Virus record (IMG/VR): IMGVR_UViG_3300022074_000051
Span: 1-55,034 of that record
Reading direction: 5' to 3' (one strand)
Length of the DNA: 55,034 nt
Origin: a virus
Taxonomy: Duplodnaviria > Caudoviricetes
The notes under the pieces were generated by a model. It was not told where the DNA came from, did no database searches, and saw nothing but the letters and a program-made list of their open reading frames with translations. The position numbers and the translations under genes are program-made. This document shows, piece by piece, positions 9,183 to 17,583 of this stretch; the stretch's first letter is position 1, and each line of letters begins with the position of its first letter.

Positions 9183-10463
9183 TTATCCTACAAATATTTT
9201 AAGTGGTGTTTTACCAATCACCTTTTCTGAGTTTTCCGACATTTCAACATCCGTTGCAAGGAGTTTAGAATAAGTCATTTCTTCCAGATTCTTAGTCAAC
9301 TCTTCTCTTAGAGCTGCTTGTTCTTCTTTGGCTTGATTTAGAAGGTCACTTGCGTTTAAAGATATTTGGTCTCCGGGTATCGGTACGTTTCCTCCGAACT
9401 TGCCTCTAACTTGACCAAGAGTCTCCTTTGACAAAGCAAGGGCGAACCTTCTAATCCACTGCTTACCCATTGAATTTATACTTTCATATGGGAGGTTTTC
9501 AAACGGAATTGTGTTCATATTATTAACACCGTCTATACCAACATCCTTTTCATCAGACCAGATGTCTTTGTCTTCAATCGTGAACCTAAACCAGAATTTT
9601 TCTGGTGATACGCTGGAAGGCTCAGGGTATAATCTAAGTTTATTATCAACAATCTCATACGAGAAGTGAGAAGTCCTAGTATATAGGTGATCTTCATACG
9701 ACATAGCTTGAAGCTTGTTTTGCCAAGCTGGTATAACTTGAAACGTTGAATCGTCTGCGTATTGTCCGTAGTTGTGAAAGTCTCCTACGACATTAAGGCC
9801 ACCATAGTATCCATAGAACCTCCACATTTGTCTTGGAGTCACGTAATATACTTGTCTGATCTTGATTCTCTTATTGTTTTCTAGCTTGTTATAATAAGGA
9901 AAAGCTGCGTTATCGGCATCAAAAGCCGAGGAAGACACTATGTTTTGCAGGTCATAATCTTGAACTCCTGCAACACGGTCAAATGACGCGCTGTAAATGG
10001 GTGTTGTGCCTCCGATACCAGCTTCAGTAGCAAATGTATCAGCAATGCGATAAGATGTCTCAAATGAGAACTTAGGATATTTTAAAGCGTAATCTTGAGG
10101 CCCATCAGTAACTTCGCCTCGATGATTAAAAGAGCCGGTTTCAGAACCTAACGCCGAACCGAGAACATTTTTGGTTTGGTGAATATTAATGATGTATGAA
10201 TATTCTAAACAAGCTTCTTCATAAGCAGCAAAAACTGAACCACTCGTAAGCTCAATATCTAATACATCTCCACCCAAACGTTTAAATGTAAATGCAACCT
10301 GAGCGACTGCTCCGGTAACAAAAGAAGCAGATCCAGAATAAGCGCCGATTGGGCAAGCATCAGTGATTTCTGATAAGGCTGCTGTTGCTCCATTAAAAGA
10401 AACAGTTTTTGGTAATGTGATGGCTGATTGAGTTGATACTGGTGTTAAAGTGGGTAATGACAT
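9183..10463 (-). CDS. Neck (adaptor) protein, gp13-like
   Basis: RLGGDVLDIELT, WIRRFALALSKETLGQVRGKF..IPGDQISLNASDL..AKEEQAAL, and a C-terminal PLKIFVG. Confidence 0.8.
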   Translation of the reverse strand: MSLPTLTPVSTQSAITLPKTVSFNGATAALSEITDACPIGAYSGSASFVTGAVAQVAFTFKRLGGDVLDIELTSGSVFAAYEEACLEYSYIINIHQTKNVLGSALGSETGSFNHRGEVTDGPQDYALKYPKFSFETSYRIADTFATEAGIGGTTPIYSASFDRVAGVQDYDLQNIVSSSAFDADNAAFPYYNKLENNKRIKIRQVYYVTPRQMWRFYGYYGGLNVVGDFHNYGQYADDSTFQVIPAWQNKLQAMSYEDHLYTRTSHFSYEIVDNKLRLYPEPSSVSPEKFWFRFTIEDKDIWSDEKDVGIDGVNNMNTIPFENLPYESINSMGKQWIRRFALALSKETLGQVRGKFGGNVPIPGDQISLNASDLLNQAKEEQAALREELTKNLEEMTYSKLLATDVEMSENSEKVIGKTPLKIFVG

Positions 10464-10484
10464 TCATTAAACCTCCGGTCTCAA

Positions 10485-10492
10485 TAAATAGT
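10485..10492 (-). promoter_or_regulatory. Candidate late promoter ACTATTTA
   Basis: Between a terminator and the GGAGG SD of the neck gene. Confidence 0.65.
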
Positions 10493-10499
10493 TTTCCTC

Positions 10500-10533
10500 A
10501 AAAGAAAAGCCCCAAGCAATAAATGCAAGGGGC
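10500..10533 (-). terminator. Intrinsic terminator with UU/UU internal loop
   Basis: GCCCC-TT-GCA-TTTAT-TGC-TT-GGGGC followed by TTTTCTTTT. Confidence 0.75.
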
Positions 10534-10569
10534 ACAACGGAGGACTAAATACCTAAGTATATAGTTTTT

Positions 10570-10722
10570 TTATTCTTTTGAAGCTTCCGCTTTTTTCTTT
10601 GCAGCTGCCTTTTTCTTTGCAGCAGCTTCGGCTTTCTTTTTAGCCTCGGCAGCTTTAGCTTTGACCTTTTGGGCCTGGGCTTTGGCTTCTTGTTTTATTT
10701 TCATTCTTCTACGTCCGGACAT
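10570..10722 (-). CDS. 50-aa Lys/Ala-rich basic peptide (histone H1-tail-like)
   Basis: Below the ORF-track cutoff. AAGGAG SD, then MSGRRRMKIKQEAKAQAQKVKAKAAEAKKKAEAAAKKKAAAKKKAEASKE*. Confidence 0.75.
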   Translation of the reverse strand: MSGRRRMKIKQEAKAQAQKVKAKAAEAKKKAEAAAKKKAAAKKKAEASKE

Positions 10723-10761
10723 TGTTTACTCCTTGTGAAATTTTACTAGACATTGTTTTTA

Positions 10762-11349
10762 TTAAAAGGTTCCAGCAACAGGATCAACAAACCCATGAAT
10801 GTAAATTAACAATTTACCGGCGGTAAATTCAGCAGAGGTATCAGCTGCACCTTGACAGATGTACAAATGTTTACCGGATAATGAGTTGTCATCAATGGGT
10901 GCTGATGTGTCTTCCCCTTTTGCTGAAAGAGCGGTCAGAATTGATGTTGCTCCACCAGCTTGAGTTCCTGCTCCACCGGACGCGGACTTTCCAGCTGTGT
11001 CATTACCAAATTCCAAATCAATGTCAGCAGGTCCACCAGTAGGCGCTTCTGTCATAATTGCGCGGACTTCAGTAATAATTCCAAAATTAGCTTCTGTTAA
11101 CTCCGCAACATTAGCTAACTGATCATCTTTTCCAACTGGTGATCTATCACCGTTGGCACCGGTTCCGGAACTAATAATACCTCCAACACCCAAATCAACT
11201 GCAATCTCAGTGATTATTTCATGTCCTTGTCGATGCTGAGTTGCATACAAAATAGCATCAGCAATTCCAGGTCCAGATCCTAAAGCAATCTTTTGACCTT
11301 TTTTCTCTAAACTAAACAGTCTTTTACGACCTAATCTTCTACTTCCCAT
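10762..11349 (-). CDS. Hypothetical protein with Arg-rich N-terminal arm, possibly head decoration
   Basis: AAGGAG SD; MGSRRLGRKRLF start followed by an acidic, beta-rich body; directly downstream of the major capsid gene. Confidence 0.65.
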   Translation of the reverse strand: MGSRRLGRKRLFSLEKKGQKIALGSGPGIADAILYATQHRQGHEIITEIAVDLGVGGIISSGTGANGDRSPVGKDDQLANVAELTEANFGIITEVRAIMTEAPTGGPADIDLEFGNDTAGKSASGGAGTQAGGATSILTALSAKGEDTSAPIDDNSLSGKHLYICQGAADTSAEFTAGKLLIYIHGFVDPVAGTF

Positions 11350-11373
11350 AATATTTCTCCTTATGTTATTATG

Positions 11374-11461
11374 GACTCGTCCTCTGGTTCGTTTCTACCA
11401 GCCCCATTCCGGTAGAGACAGTGAGCAGGGGCCTCGCTCAAAGGAGACCAGAATTCAAGTC
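11374..11461 (-). ncRNA. Candidate structured leader RNA (three-way junction, complementary loops, anti-SD)
   Basis: Nested helices GACTTG/CGAGTC and TTCTGGT/ACCAGAG enclose hairpins TGAGC..GCTCA and TCTACCGG..CTGGTAGA. The loops carry GCCCC and GGGG(C). Confidence 0.55.
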
Positions 11462-11465
11462 GTAA

Positions 11466-11473
11466 TAAATAGT
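11466..11473 (-). promoter_or_regulatory. Candidate late promoter ACTATTTA
   Basis: Between the capsid terminator and the structured leader. Confidence 0.65.
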
Positions 11474-11479
11474 TTCTAG

Positions 11480-11513
11480 AAAAGAAAAAGCCCCAAGTCC
11501 GAAGACAAGGGGC
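11480..11513 (-). terminator. Intrinsic terminator after the major capsid gene
   Basis: GCCCC-TT-GTC-TTCG-GAC-TT-GGGGC followed by TTTTTCTTTT; cUUCGg tetraloop. Confidence 0.8.
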
Positions 11514-11544
11514 ATTTCGTTATTGGCTATTAGCTAATCAGAGA

Positions 11545-13353
11545 TTAGTTAGAACCTTCTTCTCCAAGAAGTCCTCGGACAAGAACGATACCGTACATGT
11601 CAGGACGAACCATCTTCTTCGCATAGCGAGTCATGACGCCCTTACGAGGTACAAAATCCTCTGTTCCGAAGATTGTTGGAGTGGTCTGTAGTGGCACATA
11701 AGGTGCATAAACATAACCAGACTCAAGGAAAGAGTTTCCTCGACGTCCAACAAGGATAGCAGCTCTTGGGAAGTAAGGATCAACGATAACGTCGAACTTA
11801 CGGCTAAGAGCACCGACCTTAACAGCTCCAATGTCACCCTTATCAGCATCAGCAGTTACGTTTGCACGGAACCCACTGGTGAATTCAAGAATGTTAGCAA
11901 CTTCAGGAGAACAAACTACAAAGTTAGCTCCACCACGAAGTGTCTTTCTGTGGATCTGAGCAGAAACATCATTGATGGTTTCAATGAGAGTCTCATACCA
12001 TTCGGAAACAGTTCCAGTGAAGTCAGGAGCAGCCGAAGATGCACCAAGTTCTTGACCAGTTTCTCTGTTAACAAAGAGTCCAGGAGAACGAGACCAGTAA
12101 TAAGTTGCAGCAGTTGCGCCGTTTACAAGGTCAGCAAGAATCTCACGGTCAATCTCAAGAGCAATTTGCTCTGAAAGGATTGAAGTCAACTCAACCTCAG
12201 CATCCAAGTTGTGGTATGCGTTAAGGTCTTGTCCCAACTCAGGAGTCCACTTAGCTTTAAGCTTTTTGGTCTGAGCTGTGATCGCTGTTGAATCAACCTT
12301 GATGTCGATTTCTGGAATGTTTGCATTCTTTTCCAATTCGAAAAGATCACCAACAACCGCACCAACAGTCGAAGAGTTGTCAATTTGATCTTTAACTGGG
12401 TATGTAAGTTTGTTCATAGCAATATCACCAGAGTCTGATGTGTTTCCAGCAGTAACAGTTCCACCTGTAAAAACGTAACGAACAGCTTTCAAAGTGGTTG
12501 CAGCATCAGCAGCAGAAGCCAAAGAGGTCAAACGACGAATTTGTGTGATTGCCGCTCCAGCAGCAACAATTCGAGCTTGCGCTTCGGTTGCATCAAAGAT
12601 GAACGCAGAAAGGTTATCAAAATCAGGATCACCCTCAGCAGCAACGTGGTCTGCCTCTTCAATATCAACTACTATAACACCCTGTGAAGAGTCAGTAATT
12701 GCTAGAAGATCTGGGTCAAATTTAATAAGCTTTTGGTTAGCTTCGCTAACTGCGCCGTCAAGGGTGAAAGCAGCTTTAACTTGATATCCGTTTGCATCTC
12801 CAGTAACTTCAGCGTTGTTACTTCCAGATGGTGAGCCATATGCATATCCGACCATACCAGAACGCCCAGGTCCTCCAAGGTCTTCTTTGCTAGAGCCAAT
12901 CAGCGAGACACCATCGATAACACCAGCACCAAGCTTGTCAGTACCATAGATGGATTGAGTTCCACCTTGTGTGTTTCCAAAGCGACTACCTGAAACACTT
13001 GATCCGCCCTCTTCGTCACCATAAGTGAAGTCAAGGAAGAAGATCAGTCCAGAAGGCAAGCTCATGGGCTGAACGCTTACAAGTTCATTTGCGATAAGTC
13101 CGGCGAATACACGACGAACGATTGGAAAAGCAACAGCAGCGAAACCTTCAACGTCACCAGCTCCCAAAGAGGAAGCCTCACGAAGAAGTTCTTTAGCTTG
13201 GTTTTCCAAGAGACGAGCCATTGAAGACTGTTGTCTTTGAGTGGTCAATCCCTCAAGTAGTCCTGTTTGAGACCACTTTTCAAGAAGAGCAGCGCCCTCC
13301 GCTTTCATATCACGGTTAACGATGCCTTCTGTCAATTTTTCAATAATAGACAT
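11545..13353 (-). CDS. gp23: Major capsid protein, T4 gp23-like
   Basis: PIVRRVF..LIANELVSVQPMSLPSGLIFFL, KLKAKWTPELGQDLNAYHNLDAEVELTSILSEQIALEIDREI, GYVYAPYVPL, PRKGVMTRY. Confidence 0.97.
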   Translation of the reverse strand: MSIIEKLTEGIVNRDMKAEGAALLEKWSQTGLLEGLTTQRQQSSMARLLENQAKELLREASSLGAGDVEGFAAVAFPIVRRVFAGLIANELVSVQPMSLPSGLIFFLDFTYGDEEGGSSVSGSRFGNTQGGTQSIYGTDKLGAGVIDGVSLIGSSKEDLGGPGRSGMVGYAYGSPSGSNNAEVTGDANGYQVKAAFTLDGAVSEANQKLIKFDPDLLAITDSSQGVIVVDIEEADHVAAEGDPDFDNLSAFIFDATEAQARIVAAGAAITQIRRLTSLASAADAATTLKAVRYVFTGGTVTAGNTSDSGDIAMNKLTYPVKDQIDNSSTVGAVVGDLFELEKNANIPEIDIKVDSTAITAQTKKLKAKWTPELGQDLNAYHNLDAEVELTSILSEQIALEIDREILADLVNGATAATYYWSRSPGLFVNRETGQELGASSAAPDFTGTVSEWYETLIETINDVSAQIHRKTLRGGANFVVCSPEVANILEFTSGFRANVTADADKGDIGAVKVGALSRKFDVIVDPYFPRAAILVGRRGNSFLESGYVYAPYVPLQTTPTIFGTEDFVPRKGVMTRYAKKMVRPDMYGIVLVRGLLGEEGSN

Positions 13354-13378
13354 AGTATTTTCTCCTTAAATGTATATT

Positions 13379-14437
13379 TTAGTCTATGCCAGCAAGCTTT
13401 TTCATTCTATCTGAGAAAGAATGGTTTTCGGTCAAAGTTTCTTGCTTGCGGCGTGGCAGAACGTGTGAGAGGTTAGACCTTCTGTTGACGGACTCACTCA
13501 GTGATTGTGGACCTTTCTGAGAGGTCCCCACTGTAGCTTCTTTAAGAGTCTCGTATAGAGATCTAGCTTCTTTTAAACTTTCTGCCTTAGCGATGGCTTC
13601 GACAATTTTTGACTTTTGTCGCTCATTCAAGGAGGCATCGCGTAAAACTTTGTTTGAGTATAGTAAACGTGCGTTTTGTACAAGAGCTTCTTCTAGGTTT
13701 CCTTTCATATCTGATATGGCACCATGAAGGCGGTCTTGTAACTTCTTATAATTAACAATAGAGTTTTTTAAATTTTCCATTTCACCGGAAAGTTCATCTG
13801 CTCTTTCTTTGTATTCTGTGGATTGTTGTCTTGCCAATTCAAGCTCTTTATCATATGCTATTGTTCCGTCATCGGTAACAAAGTGACCATGCTTGTCTTC
13901 GGAGGTATCAACAACCAATGCTTCTTCAAGATTCTCTTCCTCTTCGGATTCCTCCAACATAGACAAAAGTTCTTCAAGCATCTGTTCTTCATTGTTTTCT
14001 GATAGCAAATCTGCTAAAGGATCACCACCGGCAGGCTCTGCGGCTGGCTCGGCTGGTGGAGCACCTCCGACATCTTGAGCCACTTGTTGAGTGGTTTCTG
14101 GCTGATCACCACCAGATTCAGGATCTGCTTCTGCTTGATCTTTTAGATTGCCAAGATCCAAAGTAAAATCATTGATATCGAATTCAAATTCAATCTCAGC
14201 GGACACTTCTTGGTCTGGCTGCGTCATGGGATCAGAGGCGTACGGTATATCGTACTGGCCACCGTCAGCAACAGCTTCAGGAGCCTCTTGGATTACTTCT
14301 TTACCTTCTAACAAGGATTCAACAGCGGCCTTTATTTCTGGCGCGTACTTTTCAATTACGGAATGCTCCGCATTCTTAAGGGCAGCTTCTCGAAGAGCCT
14401 GTGCGTCGACGATTGCTTGGTCTAACATTGATGACAT
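13379..14437 (-). CDS. Prohead scaffold/core protein
   Basis: Acidic coiled coil with many L/I-x-E sites and a C-terminal RMKKLAGI, immediately upstream of the capsid gene. Confidence 0.75.
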   Translation of the reverse strand: MSSMLDQAIVDAQALREAALKNAEHSVIEKYAPEIKAAVESLLEGKEVIQEAPEAVADGGQYDIPYASDPMTQPDQEVSAEIEFEFDINDFTLDLGNLKDQAEADPESGGDQPETTQQVAQDVGGAPPAEPAAEPAGGDPLADLLSENNEEQMLEELLSMLEESEEEENLEEALVVDTSEDKHGHFVTDDGTIAYDKELELARQQSTEYKERADELSGEMENLKNSIVNYKKLQDRLHGAISDMKGNLEEALVQNARLLYSNKVLRDASLNERQKSKIVEAIAKAESLKEARSLYETLKEATVGTSQKGPQSLSESVNRRSNLSHVLPRRKQETLTENHSFSDRMKKLAGID

Positions 14438-14469
14438 TAATACATCTCCTAATAAACGTTTATCAACAA

Positions 14470-14477
14470 TAAATAGT
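14470..14477 (-). promoter_or_regulatory. Candidate late promoter ACTATTTA
   Basis: Upstream of the scaffold-capsid unit; TAGGAG SD. Confidence 0.65.
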
Positions 14478-14507
14478 GATCATAAGAAGAAAAGGCAACA
14501 GCATTAT

Positions 14508-14840
14508 TTAAGAAGGCTCCGTTGGCCACACAACATCGTCAAGAGACTGGTAGTGCTGTGTTATATCTCTGAGAGCCTGCCGGTATGTTTTCCACTCATT
14601 TGACATCGCAACACCTGTTTCTGTGGCTTTTATAACTCTCCAATCGGATTCTTTTAGTATTTTATTTCTTCTAAGTCTCAATCTCCTAAGAGGTTCTGAT
14701 GTGGATAGTTCTGCTATTTTTGCATCGATCTGCTCTTGTGTGGGATGAACTCCATCGGTAAGCCAAGTTACCTTTTCGTTTGTAACGTGGAACTGTTCAC
14801 CCGGTGCTAACTCCACTAATGCTTTTACTAAATAATTCAT
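14508..14840 (-). CDS. Tail fibre assembly chaperone-like protein
   Basis: LRLRRNKILKESDW...WKTYRQALRDIT...VVWPTEP motif typical of phage fibre chaperones. Confidence 0.8.
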   Translation of the reverse strand: MNYLVKALVELAPGEQFHVTNEKVTWLTDGVHPTQEQIDAKIAELSTSEPLRRLRLRRNKILKESDWRVIKATETGVAMSNEWKTYRQALRDITQHYQSLDDVVWPTEPS

Positions 14841-14842
14841 TT

Positions 14843-15679
14843 CTAACTCCCGTCTATTTCTAAAACTGTTATCGTTGAGGCCACTGTTGAGTGAAATCTT
14901 CCCTCTACTCCTGAATTTAAGTTATCGGTAGTTCTGTTAACATGCAAGGGATAAGCGGCATTTCTAACCTTATATATAAATGTGAACCTTAAGTCATTAG
15001 TTGTGTTAGGAGATATCATACCTGTTGCTGTATAATTCATAACCCTCTCTTCCTCTTCACCATTCCCATCAGTCTGAATTTGCGTGAATGTGATACCGGC
15101 TTCGTGAGTTCCACCAGCAGCATTATTTCCCCCAAGCGGGAATGTGTTACCAGCCCCAGCTTCGTTTACACGAATCTTCACAAGGGCGATGGCTTGTGAA
15201 TTGTCCACCATAGAGGCGTTTAGTGAAGCCATGACGATAAACTTTGAACTTGAAGCATTCGGAGTAATTAAAACCTGAAGTGGTCGGTTGGCATCATCGT
15301 TATCAGCACCGCTTAGTCCAATAACCTCAAGGACGGTTGAATTTCCACTAAAAGAGTCGGTGTAGATTGATGTAACTGCTTGAAGCACTTTTCCTCCGGA
15401 GCCACCTCCGCCACCTCCTCCGCTAACAGAAGCAAAACTTAATTGTCCATTCCCATCTGTTTGAAGAACTTGATCTGCATTGCCATCTGCGGTTGGGAAC
15501 TTGTATGCCTCGTTAAATGTTATTTCTCCGTTCGAACCGGATATCTTAAATCTAGTTGATCCATGGGTCTGTAGGTCTATCCTGTCCTCGCCAAAATCAA
15601 TCATTGTGTCTCTGTTGGTATCGTCGGCTGCTTTTATATCACCTTGGACTGTTGAGCCTTTTGAATATTTGTACGACAT
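14843..15679 (-). CDS. Fibre-like virion protein
   Basis: FPTADGNADQVLQTDGNGQLSF, poly-Gly hinge, and a GKVLQ..ITPNASSSKFIV..STITVLEI distal domain; followed by the chaperone gene. Confidence 0.7.
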   Translation of the reverse strand: MSYKYSKGSTVQGDIKAADDTNRDTMIDFGEDRIDLQTHGSTRFKISGSNGEITFNEAYKFPTADGNADQVLQTDGNGQLSFASVSGGGGGGGSGGKVLQAVTSIYTDSFSGNSTVLEVIGLSGADNDDANRPLQVLITPNASSSKFIVMASLNASMVDNSQAIALVKIRVNEAGAGNTFPLGGNNAAGGTHEAGITFTQIQTDGNGEEEERVMNYTATGMISPNTTNDLRFTFIYKVRNAAYPLHVNRTTDNLNSGVEGRFHSTVASTITVLEIDGS

Positions 15680-15696
15680 AGTTTTATCTCCTGAGA

Positions 15697-15704
15697 TAAA
15701 TAGA
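15697..15704 (-). promoter_or_regulatory. Candidate late promoter (T)CTATTTA
   Basis: Between a terminator and a CAGGAG SD. Confidence 0.55.
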
Positions 15705-15710
15705 TTTTAA

Positions 15711-15743
15711 TAAATAAAAAAGGCTGACAATAGCCAGCCTTTT
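15711..15743 (-). terminator. Intrinsic terminator (possibly bidirectional)
   Basis: AGGCTGGC-TATT-GTCAGCCT flanked by A and T tracts. Confidence 0.75.
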
Positions 15744-15770
15744 GTAAAGAACATAGAGTTCTGCGACAAA

Positions 15771-17516
15771 TTATACAATGATAAATGTGTTTGCTGCAAC
15801 GTAGTACAAAGTAACAGCGGCACTGTCAGATTCTAAAACAATGTTTGCTTGAACACCGTCAATTTCTTGACCAGAATTAACAGCAACTGTTACAGGATGA
15901 GTACCTGAGTTTCCGTATGCTTTGATGATAATTGATTCACCAGCAGTAAGACCAGCAGAAGCAGGCAATGTCCAAGTACGCTGAGCGGAAGCAGCAGCGG
16001 AAGGAGCATTGATACCAACAGCAAGAGTAGCGTCTGCATCAGCAATAACATTTACTGGAGATACACCGGATCCAATAAAGGTCTTGAGAACTGAAGCAGC
16101 CATCTTCTTGTTACTACCGCCTGCGCCATCATCAACAATGAACAAGTCAGCAGCATCCAAACTTGTAACCGCATTGGATTCGCCATCAATCTCAAGAGCA
16201 GAAAGTGCAACCTTTCCAGCAGTAGTGATTTGATTCAACTTGCCGTCCGTAATAGATCCAGCCAGCATAGCATTGCTCACTTGTGCGTAAGAAATATCGG
16301 TTCCATCAGAAGAAAGAACAGTGTTTGCTGCGCCTTTAGCAAGCAGAGCAGTTGCACCAGATGAATTACCATGAATAATAGAACCACGAGCAACCGCATC
16401 AAGCAAGTTTAACTCTGAAGGGACAACAGTCAAAGCAGTTTTCAACTCAGCATCGGATGCACTCGGATCAAAAATCGCAAGAACACCAGAGCTGTTTGGT
16501 AAGAAAACAGTTCTATCCGCATCTGGATCAACAATACCGAGAGTAGTTTCAAAATCATCAGCGACACCTTCAAATGTAAAAGATGAAGAAATATTAATGG
16601 TTGTTGAATCAACAGTAGTAGTTGTTCCCTGAACGGTCAAATCACCAGCAACAATAACACCACCACTAAATGTAGCAGTATCACTTGATTGGTTACCAAT
16701 AGTAAAGTTAGCGCCCATATCAGTATTCAAAATCGCAGCAGCAGTAATAGAACCACCAAGAGAAGTAGAAGCACCAGCAATAGTGATTGCACTATTTGCA
16801 AGCTTTCCATTCGCAATTGAACCAGCAAGCATAGCATTTGTTACACCAGAAGCCTTAACACGAAGTGCATCAGAATTCAACTCAATAGAAGAATCGTCTA
16901 CACCAACAGCAAGAACACCAGAAGATGCAGCAAGCCCGTCACCAGCAACAGCAGTCATAAGGTCAGCAATTGACTCTTTTTTAGAACTGTCGTCAGTGGC
17001 ATCAATAATAGCAATACTATCTGCGCCAACAGCTACAGCAGCAGCAGAAAGATCATTGAGATCAAGCTGAAGGTTGCTTACAGCGGCAGAACCATTATAA
17101 GATGAAAAATTAACACCACCATTAGTAGCTTTAGATAATGAATTCAAGTTTGAACCAAGAGCAATACCAGAGATAGTAGAATTTGCAAGTTTTCCGTTCG
17201 CAATTGAACCAGCAAGCATAGCGTTTGTTACACCAGAAGCCTTTACTCGAATAGTAGAAGCAGCAGAACCGTTATAGGCGGAACCAGCAGAATACTCAAT
17301 TGATGAATCATCAACAGAAAGAGCATCAAGGTTTTGACCAAGATCTTTTCCAGAAATAGTTTTTGCAGCAAGCTTTGCGATTGGGATCTCACCATTGTCG
17401 ATTTCTGCGACAATATTTGCAGCGGTAGTATCATCAACATCAGTTGCGACAAGACCGTCCTCGAATTTTGCGGAACCACTAAGTACAGCGGCCCCTAATT
17501 GAAATTTATAAGCCAT
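15771..17516 (-). CDS. Fibre-like structural protein with internal repeats (581 aa)
   Basis: Ala/Ser/Gly-rich; repeated VKASGVTNAMLAGSIANGKLANS; GDLTVQGTTTTVDST; C-terminal LPA..G..IIIK..IDG..L.S...VTLYY domain. Confidence 0.7.
   Translation of the reverse strand: MAYKFQLGAAVLSGSAKFEDGLVATDVDDTTAANIVAEIDNGEIPIAKLAAKTISGKDLGQNLDALSVDDSSIEYSAGSAYNGSAASTIRVKASGVTNAMLAGSIANGKLANSTISGIALGSNLNSLSKATNGGVNFSSYNGSAAVSNLQLDLNDLSAAAVAVGADSIAIIDATDDSSKKESIADLMTAVAGDGLAASSGVLAVGVDDSSIELNSDALRVKASGVTNAMLAGSIANGKLANSAITIAGASTSLGGSITAAAILNTDMGANFTIGNQSSDTATFSGGVIVAGDLTVQGTTTTVDSTTINISSSFTFEGVADDFETTLGIVDPDADRTVFLPNSSGVLAIFDPSASDAELKTALTVVPSELNLLDAVARGSIIHGNSSGATALLAKGAANTVLSSDGTDISYAQVSNAMLAGSITDGKLNQITTAGKVALSALEIDGESNAVTSLDAADLFIVDDGAGGSNKKMAASVLKTFIGSGVSPVNVIADADATLAVGINAPSAAASAQRTWTLPASAGLTAGESIIIKAYGNSGTHPVTVAVNSGQEIDGVQANIVLESDSAAVTLYYVAANTFIIV
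16795..17245 (-). repeat. Near-identical ~60-nt intragenic direct repeat
   Basis: Copies at about 16795-16857 and 17183-17243 both encode KASGVTNAMLAGSIANGKLAN; a degenerate third copy lies near 16240-16280. Confidence 0.8.
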
Positions 17517-17567
17517 AGAAAATCCTCCATAAAATGACTATTTTGAGATTACAAGAATCTCAAGACA

Positions 17568-17575
17568 TAAATAGC
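17568..17575 (-). promoter_or_regulatory. Candidate late promoter (G)CTATTTA
   Basis: Followed by a leader hairpin TTGAGATT/AATCTCAA (17543-17563) and a GGAGG SD. Confidence 0.55.
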
Positions 17576-17583
17576 TTTGAGGA

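Noticed and set aside
11374-11461. Purine riboswitch (TCTACC, three-way junction with kissing loops)
   Set aside because: TCTAC is paired within P3 here, and the conserved J1/2, L2 and L3 sequences of purine riboswitches are absent.
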